In this document: one piece after another, positions 26,861 to 39,959 of the stretch
Position numbering within the stretch: the first letter of the stretch is position 1
How the letters are laid out: each line of letters starts with the position of its first letter
From: Convolutriloba macropyga
Taxonomy: Eukaryota
Assembly: GCF_964194025.1 (NCBI RefSeq)
Contig: NC_134470.1
Coordinates: 36,580,001 to 36,644,000, forward strand
Length of the DNA: 64,000 bases
Direction: 5' to 3'
Notes under the pieces: generated by a model
Database searches by the model: none
The model's input: the letters and a program-made list of their open reading frames with translations, nothing else
Told to the model about the DNA's origin: nothing
Translations under genes and position numbers: made by a program

Positions 26861-27618
26861 TGTTCTTGATCAGAAATTTGTGAAACCTGTGGCAAAACTA
26901 GTGTACTTGGTATAATTAAAAATTACTGTTCCAGTAAGAGCATTTTTATTCCTTGAGGAAAAAAATGCATACAAATTTAAATGAAGAAGATGGTTTCAGA
27001 TGCCGCATAGACAACTGGAGGTTGTAAGGACAAATGGAACTCAGCCCCCCTAATAAAGCTGTTTTCTGAATTTTTGGTAAATTTACATCTTAAATTCCAT
27101 AAAACCTGCATTTTTTTCATACAACGTCATTTTAGTGATTTGACTTTCAATCTCTTTTCCTTATCAAGAGATATTATTCATCAAAACAACTTTTCATAAA
27201 ATTGAAATGCAATTACGTTTTGATTGATTAAAAATGTATCAAAAACGAACAAGTTGGCAGATAAACCATTCCTGTTGTTCTCCTGCCCTCCGAGAAAGGA
27301 AAAAGTAAAGTCCATTGTTTCCCTTACAGAATTTCAATCCTTCAAAGCCTATGCCTAAATGAAATACTTCATTTTGCTCAAAAAAGAGAATGATATAAAA
27401 TGAAAACATTGACAATGATACATGAAACTAAAAATTATTTTATTAGTTCAAACAATTTTCAACGGGGAAAAAAGATGCTTTGGGTTATATAGCGTTTTTG
27501 TTATTAACAGATTTACTTAATTGTCTAGCAAATGGGGAAAAGAAAACTTCTAAAACTTTACATACTGTTCAAACACAAATGGCGTATGAGTAAAAAAAAT
27601 CAAATCCATGACTAAAAT

Positions 27619-30600
27619 AAACAAGGCGGCTCGTTAATGTGCGTTCGCACATGATGTTCCGACCCGAGCTCATCTACATTTTTGACTAAAATGTCAACCA
27701 AATCAAGAGATAACAAAAATAGATGTTTGAGTTTAAAACAATCGTTACACATTCTATCTACTAATTGAATTACTAATGCCATGCTTCATTACAGCACCAA
27801 CGTGACCTGACATTGAAGAGACTAGAAAAAAAATAGCACCAACAAAATTTTGGCGGCAAAAAATGAATATCTAAATTTAAAAGCACCTGGTAACAACGTC
27901 AAAATGCAGTCAGATAAAACCTTAACTACACAAGTTTACCTTTTACTAACTATACAGCAGATGAAAAGTTTTCTTAACGAGACTAGGTAACAAGCCGACA
28001 AAAAGAACGAACAGTGAGGCGAAACTTAAAAATTAATCAACATTTTTTGCACCAAGAAAATTCAAAAATCTTAAACATTGGTTTTTAATAAAAAAATCCT
28101 TGATAAATTACTAAAAAGTCATTACAAAACCAAAAGCACCCGTCTGTGGTCAGACTATGCCATAGAAACAAACTAAAGAGAAACTCAAAAAATTACAAAC
28201 GATTTGCGAAAACACAAACCTTTGCTACCATTAAAATCAATAGCTATCATCTGAATATGTATTTTTAATTCAGTTGTTATTTCTGCTATTTCAGTTGAAG
28301 GATTTATACTGAAAGATTAAATAAGTTTAATTGGGCCACATTTAAAAACCATTGGGATCTGTTATTACGCAATTGTTCTGAAGGAAGAGAAAAAGAAACG
28401 CAAAAAATGGCCATTCAATAAACGTTCAGAAAAACGAAACAACAGTGGCACATAATATCAATATATATGTTATTTCTTGAAATACACGAAATTCGATGGG
28501 ACATCTGATTGATGAATAGAAGTTAAATTTGACGAAAGGAACCTATTCGCTATATACTGAATGTTTCGAGCAACATCATTCATTCAGTCCTCAATTACAA
28601 GCCTATGAGATCTGTGAGCAATTTACGGCTACCTAAAGAACAAAAACAGCGAATTCAGGAAAAAAAATTGAGCGACAAAAGGGTCGAAGGCATTAAAAAA
28701 ATGAACTTTTCACTAAACACTCTTCAATTTTAAATTAATTTTTCAGGAGCAATGGGAAAACCTTTTTTATCTATATAATTTCAAAAAATCAACAAATATA
28801 AACAAATACATTAGACGCACGAAAATTGCGGGAAAACACGTATTATCAACGCCATTAAATTCATTAGCCTTCAACGGAAGCCAGTATATACAATAAATGA
28901 TGCCTCGAGGGGACAATAAGTTTTTTTGCCAATCGTATTTCATCAATAAGACCTTACAACAAGTTAATGACTATGAAAACAACAACAGAGAGAGGCAAAA
29001 ACCACAAATTCAGTAGAAAAGTGCCTGAAGAAAATGTCGAAGCAACTCAAATCATAAGCTCTTCCCTGAAAACTTTATTTATGATCCGTTGAACTTCTTC
29101 CCTAAACCAATAGGGACTCTCAGCAGTAAGATGATGTGATAAGATTTCAAAAGGATCGAAAAACAAAATAAAGTACCCAAAAAAAATATGAATTCTCGTG
29201 GCATTGATGTTTTAAAACTAATAGGTAGAAGATAAAACCGCTAACCAGATTAATTTTGGCTATAGTAGAACGGAAATGGATTCTGTTAGAACCAACAATG
29301 ACCAAGAGTATTCACGAAAAAAAATTAGGAATGGTTGAATTTCAAAAAAGTTTCGAAAAATTATTTTTAAACCCTTAACAGCCAGTAAACTCAATCTTTC
29401 ATCGGAGCTCAATGACGATGCTCAGATATAACCCATAGGGAGGAAAATGATGTCTGTCATGCATAGATAGTTAAAAAGACATCACAATAAGTCTTATGAC
29501 AGAAAACAATAACAAAAACAGCAAAAACTAAAATTCAGTAGAAAAATGCGAGAAGAAAGTGTCGAAGACAATTAAACCATTAGCTATTCTCTGAAAACTT
29601 TCTCTGTGATCCACTGAACGTCCTCTCTAAGCCAATTGGATTACAATAATCTTTGGATAATGTGATAAAGAGTTCAAAAGTGACCAATAATTCAAAAAAT
29701 CCAAAAAAAAAATTTAAAAAAATTGAAATCTTTGTCATTGAAGTCATATAACCAATAGCTAGAAGATAAAACAGCTAAACAGAATATTTTTAGTCGCAGT
29801 AAAAAGCAAGTGGGTCCAGTCAATACTGAAACTCACTAACAGTTCAAGAAAAATTTAGGAATTGTTATTGTTCAAATAAAATTTTCGAAAAATGATTTTT
29901 ATTTTAACAGACATTAAATTCAATAGCTTTCAACGGAAGTCAATAAAAACGCTCAAAGATGCCCCTGTGGCAGTACATTTATGTTTGTCATGCATAGGTA
30001 TTCATTATGAGATCACAGTAAGTATAATGACTATTAAAACAACAAAAAAAAAACAGGAGAAAACCAAAAAATCAGTAGAAAAGTGCAAGAAGAACGTGTC
30101 GAAGCCATTTAAACCATAAATTTTTGTTTAAAATTTTTATTGGTCATCCACAGAACATCGTTTTTAAGCTAATGGGAACTGTCAATATTTGGATAATGTG
30201 ATAAGATTTCAAAAGTAACCAATAATACGTAAAAATCCAAAAAAAAATTTTAAAAAATTGAAATTTTTTGTCATTGAAGTCATATAACCAATAGATAGAA
30301 GATAAAACCGCTAACCAGTTTAATTTTGGTTGCAGTAGGAAGGAAGAGGGTGCTCTCACCCCTGGACTGACTTACAATTCACTATAATAAGATTATGATT
30401 CTTTAATATTCAAAAAAAAATTCGAAAAATTATTTTTTAAGTCTTAACAGCCATTAGCCGCCCCCTCAATGAAATAGACATGTTCACTTAATGCTCATTA
30501 TGGAACATATTGCACTGTTAGTCAATGAATCCCTACCATAGGACTCCAAAAAAAATAGTAAAACTTCAAAAAGAAATTCAAAATTTCATTCAAAATTACG

Positions 30601-31197
30601 AAAACTCAGAATCGAAGCCAAAAAAAAAACATGAGCAATTCCTTGAAAACGACGTTTTTTGTTCATTGCGCTTCATTCGACTATAAAGGAGTTTTGTCAT
30701 TAATAGAACGTCGATATAAAATGTGACTTGTCTCTAGGTGACTTAAAAAAGCAAAAAAGAGAAAAGTTTTATTAAAAAAAGGGCTCTCAATTAGAGTTCG
30801 ATTTTTTTTTGATAGTGAACTTCCCTATGAGACCAGAACTAGTCTTTCTATCGCCTTGCATTCAACTTTTACGAACTCAAAATTTATTCTTTTTATAGAA
30901 ATTTGAATTAATGTTTTCGTAAAAAAGATCTTAGTTTGAAGAAAATTGTACTAAAAGTGAACAATCATGCTAAAGATCCCATTGTTCACACAAAACTTCA
31001 ATCCTCGATAACTCCTCGAAAAAAACGAAATTCAAAAAAAATCTTTTTACTTTTGAATTCTACGCTGGACCAGCTTTTTAATGATACCACTCACATTTCT
31101 CTACGACGAATATATCGATCGGCCAAAATTCACTGAACAAAAAAAAAAACCCATTTGAGTATATAGTTCCTTCCCCCACAAGTGGGGTCGGAACAAT
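27619..31197 (-). mobile_element. HINE family B, apparently full-length (~3.58 kb)
   Basis: Left: aaacaagg, hairpin atgtgcg-tt-cgcacat (27637-27652), IR tgttccgaccc (27655-27665). Right: perfect complement gggtcggaaca (31185-31195) within a terminal hairpin gttcc...ccccac-aa-gtgggg...ggaac. Other ends at 21820 (left), 6927-7020 and 33072-33168 (right). Confidence 0.7.
28860..30450. repeat. Three diverged tandem copies of a ~530-bp unit inside family B
   Basis: Anchors recur at a 526-536 bp period: tcagtagaaaa (29010, 29536, 30072), tgtgataa (29135, 29661, 30197), agaagataaaac (29227, 29761, 30297). Confidence 0.8.
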
Positions 31198-32217
31198 AAT
31201 CCCACATTAGAGGACCGATGAGACCTGCCATTAATAGACACTAAACAGTAAAATAAAGTAACGAAAATCATTATCATTAATTACGATCAAAACTCCATAT
31301 GCATTTAACAAACACTTCGTAACAAAATAGCATCAAATAAGAGCTTAAATAAAAAATAACTTTTTATTTACTGAAAAATGGGATCTTTCCTTGATGCGAC
31401 TAGGTAACAAGTCGCGGAAATTTTGTGAAACCAATTAACTTCAAAAGTCGTTACAACCATCCGCTTAAAGCTATAAAATACAAGACAGATTCACATGCAA
31501 CTCCAAGGAAACCCAATGGGACCTGTCGTTAATATGACAATGTGAAAACTGAAAATAAAAAGAAAGAAAACTTGTAGTCTCAGAGTCATAAAACCATTAG
31601 TTCAAAAATAAAAACACAAAAAAGATTCATTATTGTTTCACTAGAAAGAAGAAGGAAGCTGTCATTTTCAACACTAAGAGATGAGATCGAAAAGGCAGCA
31701 ATGAAATAAGAGTGAAAATGTTCAAATAATCACTCGAAATTTTTCAAAGAAATATATTCAAAGTCACAGCCATTAGGTGTCAACTAAACGCATAAGGTTC
31801 GAATATATTTCTTCAGGAAGCCAATGGGATCTTTGATCCATGATAATAAATTACAACGATACGGACAGAACGACCAACAAAGACGCGAAAATCAAGAATT
31901 CATCAAATACTAACAAAAACACATTTTCCGGGCCATAAAAACCATTAACTTTTTCTCTGAAAAACTAATATTTGTTCATTGATTATCAATTGAATTTGTA
32001 AATTGCATCTATCAAAAACTTAACCTCTAAACGAAAACTGATTTGTCTGTAATTGGCATGAAAAAAATTGGGAAATTTTAAATAGGAGAGCGGTTCAGAA
32101 AATTTGAATCCTTTTTGATTGTTAAAGTCCACGATGAGACCAAAACTGCCCTTGCTATCGCTATACATCTATTAAAAATACTTTGGCAGTAACAATTTTT
32201 AAATTTAAAAATACAAG

Positions 32218-32586
32218 AACCGGCTTACGTTGGACAAATTGCTCTCGGACAGCCGGCCAATTTAATTCAGAGGGGGCTGTAGCCTAGATAAATTTTTATG
32301 AGTACAAAAACATCACAGCAAGGCAGGGTTCCAACATTGACCACCGACGTAATAGACTGGACCATTATCTACTCATCTAACAGTGCACTGTCCTAGTTTA
32401 TCTTGAAATTGATTGTGATTTAGCAACAGACTTCATTTCTGAAAGAGAGCAATTTTGGGTCAGGCAAGTGCAAAAATTGAAATCGAAAGAATGTTCTAGA
32501 ACATAGCGTTTAAAAAATCATTAAAAAAGACGAAACAGACATACGTTTACAATACTTGCCTCACACTATTTTCAAGAGCAATTAAA
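32218..32586 (-). mobile_element. Diverged HINE family A-like copy
   Basis: Left end ccggcttacgttggacaaattgctctc, right end ttcaagagcaattaa. Confidence 0.45.
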
Positions 32587-35152
32587 GATGCTTTTTGGAT
32601 AAAAATTTAAATTAGCGAAAGGGGCGAAATTTTAGTTCCAAAACATTCTTAGGAAGCGGAATTCAAAATGGCCCTCATCTAAAAAAGGAAGGTTTATGGT
32701 TGTCAAGAGTTTTTAGGTCAGAATTTTGGTAAAATCGGACAAAGCAGGCTAAAAAAGCATACTTTCATATTCACTTTTCATGGAAAAAAAGATAAAAACT
32801 TAAAAATGTAGCCAACAAAACTCGGATCAAACAATTCAGCAACTATTTCCTATCTTTAAAGGTAAAACCAATAACTCTATCGCTAACAATTCTAACACAA
32901 TATTTAAGCAAAATTGATCATTTAAGCAAACTTTGAGCACATTACCGAAAATGTGAACAAAACATGGAAAGCGGTCAAATGTTTACAAAATTTAAAAATT
33001 TAGTATCGGAATTTTAAAATCTTTCTAACTTGATAAACGCTTGACGGCCTTTGTACTGGTAACAGTCACAACTCTATACAATGAATATATCGATTGGCCA
33101 AAATTGACTGCACAAAAAAATTAGTTGAGCCCATAGTTCCGCCCCAACTAAGGTCGGAGGGGAGCAATATAAATACAAAAGTATAGAAACTATAGCATCA
33201 AAAGTGTAGAGCATAGCATAAAATGATCAAACAATACGATTCAACGTTATTGAACTGCTTCTATTAATATAAGGAGACAAAAGAAGTATCACTCCGCCAC
33301 CAATAGTACATCTAAAAAATATAATTTGATTATTTATCATGGCAGTGCATTCAGAAGAACAATAACAGCTCCAATCAACTTATTCCCAGCCCGTAAAAAG
33401 TGAAATCGTTAGTGAATATTGCAGCAGATAAGCTGAAACACTATTAATGTTTTGCCGTAATTTCAAATAAGACACTATAAAATGATCTTGAGCTGATCTA
33501 TCGAAACAATAAGCATTCACTAAAATCATATAATTTTGTATCCAACCTAAATCAATTTCACGCTCTATAACCGAAACATTTTGACAATTTAACCATTGTT
33601 CACTGAATAAAATCCTTTTAAGCTGCACGGCGTACGCTTATATTTTTACCTGGCAATATTATTAACGCTTTCCACTAAATGAAATTAACTTGAAACTAAC
33701 CAAACTTAATTAATTTTGATTCTTTGATAATAAACTTTTGATCCCGTTTATTAACCTTTTGAATTATTCGCTGCTTTTTAAAACGGATTGCATTGATCAT
33801 CTTTGAAATTTTACAAAAGCACAATAAAGGATGACAGTTTCCTTACAACGGATAGAAAAACGAACGTTACTCTAAATACCTGTTCTACAAAACAAAAGTT
33901 GTTTCCTCAGTACATTTAATTTTGTAAACAACATTCAGGTGAGCTCAATCTTTGGGTATTTATTGGATAGAAACATAGTTGAAAGCGCTCTCTTATTTAG
34001 CAAAGCAAAAAATGTTGAGAGTAAATTTTTGAGACACATTTTTTTCTCTCAAAATGTCGGACACTAAAAAGCATCCTTCAGAAGGATCCTTTATGGTTTG
34101 CCTACTTAACCGCCAAACTTAATGCCCTATGACTACCAAGACAAAACTCGCTGGTGAACATCTGCAGGACTCAAAAAAACCTTACAGAGAAAAGGAAACC
34201 CAACCAAGTTTTCGTTTAAAATGGAAGAAGCCAACTTTTCCAAGAGAGACACTGTTTTTTTCCATTTTATTCCAAACGACTAAATAATATACAAAACAAC
34301 TGGAAGCTGTAACAGCGCTAAAATTCAACTGTTTCAACTTAGTCCAGCTGCTTCAAACACTGAATGAGAACGTTCGAAATTACTCAAAATTAGAAAGTCA
34401 AAGTCCGAAAAGTCGATCCAATAGTAAGAAACGTTCGAGCAAAAACTTTGCATAAAAGATACACGCGAATACTAATATTGGTTCTAACTTCGCTCAAAAG
34501 CAATAAATTCATATTGAAGCATTGAAAACATTTTAAAAACTTCACATTTTCTTTAACCTCGCATTTAGTTGATTTATTCATTCAATTGTTATGGTATATA
34601 AATCAACAATACCAGATGATAAAATAAGAGAAACATGGAGAATACTTTTTAAACGACAAAAATTGAAAAACTTGAATTTTGAATTTTTGGCCGTGGATTT
34701 GCGCAGTGTTCCAATTTGGTGCCATATGGAACTATACAATTTTATTGAGAAAAAGATGACAAATTTCGATTTTTTTGATTGTATCATTTCTTGCTCTGAA
34801 TTTTCAAAAAGCCTTCGGCAATTAAGCTTTTCAACGGAAGAGTTATAAAAAACAATATAAATTGTAAAATAAATTAAATTGAAAGCAAAAGATAAACGAA
34901 GAAAAAAGTAGACTCTCACTCTAATTTTTAATTCCGAATTCAAAACTAACCCTATAAATTCTGTCTCCTGTAAAATTTGCTTCCACTAAAACTGAACAAA
35001 AATACACAATATGGTGTATATATAAACTGAAAATCTTGAGAAAGTCATAACCATCTTCTGTTGACTTAACTGGGTTCTGAAATCAGTCATAAATATGATC
35101 TTCAGTCGATTAACCATTCAAATAATAAATTTCATTGAGTCAAAATTTTTTT

Positions 35153-35368
35153 TTAGACTTAGACTAAGACTTAGATTGCAACGAAAATGGAGACAGGAAG
35201 CTCTTCAAGCTCAAGGCTAATCGTAATCCAAGTGTTTTAAAGGTGTTTAATAGAAGTTATCTTGTTAGGGGGTCTAGTCCGGCGCAACTACTGTGAAATT
35301 AGACAGTACTGGATTCGAACCAGCATCTCTTACTTGCCTAGTGTGCTACCCATTTACAACAACTGGTC
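35153..35368 (-). mobile_element. tRNA-derived SINE
   Basis: Minus strand: tRNA-like head gaccagt-tgttgtaaatgg (A box)...gctgg-ttcgaat-ccagt (B box/T arm)-actgtc, a short body, then a (GTCTAA)n-type microsatellite tail followed by an A-run. Confidence 0.6.
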
Positions 35369-38300
35369 TTAAGCTCTCGAACTTGCGCATCTCTTATAAC
35401 CCGTTATCGCGTTCTTTCTTGTTCCTCAAGGCTTCATTTCTCTAGCCAAGTATAAGTTGAACAAGTAGAGCTTCTTGTCAAGCTATGTCAAGCTTATCTT
35501 ATGCACAATTTACATTAGGTTGTTCTCTCTCAACCTCCTATCATAACTGTTTGATAAAAATTGCTCGTTTTCGGATTTATTGCTCCAGTTGAATTTCAAG
35601 TGTTAATGAAGAACAGTTTTCTTTACAAAAAAGGTTCAAAAAAATAATTGATGGCATGTTTAGTATATCCCCATTGACCAATCTATATTGTTTAGTGATT
35701 CTGTTCACAAATTTTAGAAATGATTCATTTATACCATCACGAAACACATCAGATCAAGAAACATCGAACGTAAAGTGATATCTGTATGGCTTACTGTCTG
35801 TTAACATTTTCTTGAGGAGACATTGGTATGATGGTCACCAGAGTAAGATTACTGAAAAAATTCTGTGGAAAAAATGTTACGCTTTTCAAGGGACATTTGA
35901 CTCGTCGTAAACAGCGTAAACGATAATATTAACTTTGGCAAAATAATAATTAGTAAACTTGCAAATGCTTTCTTTTATAAGTAGAGTCCACGAGTTTCTA
36001 TGTAAAACTCTCGAGATAACAAGTTCTCCCAATAAAAATCCCAGTTTTAGATTGTAATTTAACAACAAAAATAAGTGAGTTGCTTAATTCACGCTATCCA
36101 TTTGATTCCCTTAATAGTCAGATTTTAAAAATATGGCTGATTTATTTTAAAAGAAGCTCTATTTTCACTATAAGTCCCTAGTAACTTCATTAACAAGTCA
36201 AATGAAAGAAGTTAGTCATTTCTATAAGTTTCTAAAAAAAGAGTTTAACTATTCACAAAGCCGCTTAAAAGCTAGCAGTCTTCATGACAAACTTCTACGC
36301 GGAGATAAGAATTACACTAAAAGCTTAAAGATTTAAATATCATACTAAAACAAACTGAACCCGGGGTAACCTAAACTATTTTCTCTATGAAATATACGTA
36401 CACGTCATCAAAAAAGAGAAAATAATTCTGTGGGTGTTTACCCGTACACAATTATGAAAACCGACTAACGTTGAAAGAATTGCTCTCGAACGACAATGAA
36501 AAAATCTTCAGAATGCAGCTAGATCTAAGATTGATAGATTTAAGAACTTATTTCGATAGTTCATAAACATCAAGATCGCATACTGTTAAAAATTGATGCT
36601 TTTGAAAAAGATCAACAAAAATGGAAATATTTGGATTTTTTCTAAAATGTTAGTACAATAGAAAGGGTACAGTAAATACAGCAGCAATACATGAGTATTC
36701 GATATTGTGTTACCTAGTTTACATTTCTCGAGTAAAAAACGATCAGTTGTTTTCTCTGAGTGTAAAAGCGCATTTTTTATGAGACCTCGTAGTTTATTAA
36801 GTTTTGCAGTCGAAATGACTACGGAAAGATAATTTTGAATCAATTTTAACTCCAAGATATTTGCAAACAGGCTCAACGTTAATGTTTTTGGAATCCAATA
36901 GCACTATTTTGGTTTGCATTCTGTGATTGAAGTTTCATGTTTACTTTTTTTCTAGTTTAACTAATTTTGTTGTGAAGCCATTTTTCCTCGTTTTCAATGT
37001 CCACTTGAACTTACCTTTTTTTTACACTAAGGGATGTGATATTTGCATCGTCCGCGAAGAGAAAAATATCTTATTTTTTACAGCAAGGCCAGAGGTCGTT
37101 AAGATATACGATCAAAAGGAAAGGCCCGAGAACTAATCCTTACGGGGCTCCGTTTTTCGTAAGTTCTAATTAAGATGGGAGAACCATTCAATTCTACTCG
37201 CTGAGTGCTGGCTTTGGAGGTAAGACCGCAACCAATCAAGATACGCACCACGGATTTCATATCTTTCTAATTTTGAAACAGTATTTTGTGGTTAATTGTA
37301 AATTTTCAGATTTCCAAAAAAAAACATAACCGGGTATTGCGTGAAAAATTAGTTTGGCAGCCCTTGAGGTTTATCTTCAAAACATCAATTTTTTGATAAA
37401 TTGTTCTCGTATTGTTAATTCTCAATTCTTCCGTGGCATTTAAGTCATTGATTCTGTAAATATTACGGCTCATGACGTAGGGGAATTAAACAACTGATAC
37501 ATCTCCAAAAATTCCACCAACTCCGCCATTTCGGAATATGCCCTCTAGTTCGTCCTCTATTTACCCTGATGATGGCTCCATTTAATTAAATAAATTGTCT
37601 GGCCAGTTAAAAAGTCAACCAGACCCACGAAATAGCTCTCCAATCGGAGGCGAAGACGGTCGCTATTTCACATGCAGCATCTGTTGAAATTTATTCCACT
37701 TCAAAGAAGAGAGGGAACTCACTGACAACCCTTTCCTGGGAACACCCACCAATGCGAATTCCAAAAGGGCTTTCCTTTTAAACCCCCACAGACGATTCTT
37801 GATTAATTTTACGACAGCCCACACCCTATGCCCAGTTTCTACCTTACTCTCCATTACTTTTTCCCTTTTTATCCATACCTATTTTCTTTAATAAAAACCG
37901 CAACAAACGTGTAAAATTAAATTACAGATGGCAATCGGCGTAATTTCCCATAAAAATCAATTAAGTTAAGCGCAAGTTATAAACTCGTTAGGCAGCAGCT
38001 ATAAAAAAGTAAAACTATCATCCCATCTATTACATGTAAGTGATGCATTTGTGATAAATCGGCATGACCGGGGAGTTTATTGAGGCCTCAAATTTAGCTT
38101 GTGACACTTAGCATTTATATCTTCCTCATATCCTCTCTCATTTCCTGTTCCTTATTGGCCCAACTAGTCGTACCTCTAAATCATTCTCTCATCTGTCAAC
38201 TGTTACACAGGTAATTTGTTTCAACTCTTTATTGCTATTTTTAAGAGTTGTTTACTTTATTTATTCGCATCATTTCAACCCACATCCGCTCCGGCGTTCC

Positions 38301-39959
38301 CCTTCTACAAAAACAGCCCCTGGTTGGTTAATCAAGTCAGGACAGGCTGCCAAGTAGCCAAATAAATCACTTCTATCACTTTCTACCCTTCTTGGCTCAT
38401 TTCACAAGTCAGCCGTAAACAGCTAGGTCGCAATAAAATCTGCACCAGTTTTAATTTCAGTTGCCCGACTTCTCAACCCCAAGAAAAAGAAGCGACTTCT
38501 CTAAAGACAAAATGGCAATTTCCAGTGCAGTCAAACTGACATCATCAGCCATACTTATGTTGGGTAAGTTGAAAAATCATATTCCTCTTTGTGCCAACAG
38601 TATTCCCTCCCATAATTGAATTCGTCAAACAAGGTGGCAACAAGAAAACACTTGAAAGCGAAAAATTATGACGCATAAGCAATAAATTCAAGTCACAATT
38701 TTTTTTCTTCATGTTTCGAATTCTTGTCACCTCTGCAATTTAACTAACAAGCTACTCAGTTATACGGTTCTAACACAACAAACAAACGGTATTTCAAATT
38801 GCAATCGGACGCGGTTTGGGTATCCCTTAATAAGGTAGTACTAGCAAAACTGTCCACTAATAGTTACAATTACCCCAACTCTTTGTTAATTCTACACATT
38901 AATGGATCGGAACTGAAATCGACACCAAAACCCTATATAATTGTAAATTAAACAAATTAGATAACTGATAGTTAAATTATGAATAAATGCAATAAAACTA
39001 AGTGGCTAACCATCCGCACTTCATCAAAATAATAGCTCAGTACGTCAAAAAGCAGCCGTCAAACAAACTTAGGCATATAAATAATCTGAAGCGGGTTGAT
39101 AAAAATCGAAAATTTTGCGGCGTTTAAGACTGACTTGAAGAATGGAGCAAGGTCTGCTGCTATTAATTATATAGCAAACCGGTTGTGCTCGGTAATGTTC
39201 TGATAATGTGCTGGTAATACAAAGAGCAGCAATAGTATATAGTCAGATTCCGGTCAAATAGACTTTCAGTTAGCTTCCCTAAGCACTCATTGGCAGTTTT
39301 CTACATCCGAGGATTTCGGATTACTTCTAAGGCTGCGTATTTTCCAATCTTCGCCACCGCTGTTCACGATAACGAGAATAACCCATTTGAGTGCGTGGGC
39401 TGTGGTTTGTTAAAATGGGGAGGGGTTTCCGTAGATAACTCGAGTTCGCATGCGCATCCATTGAGGACAATAAACCTACGCAACTCGGGAGCCACAAAGA
39501 AATTTTACATATCAAAATAATTTTACTCTTCAGATAGTTGCCTTAAGTTTCTTGGGATCTTCCCCTCAGCTTAGTGTGTGCATATTATTTGCATGCCCCA
39601 GAAGAACCTGCAATATTTTATGCTCTGTAACTGGGGGGCACAAATCGAAAAATTAATTTTTGATTCCTGAATGCATAGAAAATGGCATATATCCTAATTG
39701 TTCCCACTCGGTTATTGACACTTCAAGCTGTGATTGAATCTTTTTGTATATTTTTTTTCGAAATAGTTTATTTCATCTATATAAAGATTTTGATGTGCAA
39801 AGCAGTTCTAACTTTTATGAGAAGTAGGAATTTTAAGACCCGCAATGTAAATATCGCACTTGCTGATCAATAACTTCCGTACATCTAAAATAAAACCGAT
39901 AAACTAAATTTAAAGCAAAAGCAAAAAGACTATCCAATCATGTTCCCTGAGCAAACTAC

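Noticed and set aside
35302-35368. Functional tRNA gene
   Set aside because: No proper anticodon arm, a bulged acceptor stem, and it is attached to a SINE-like body and tail.
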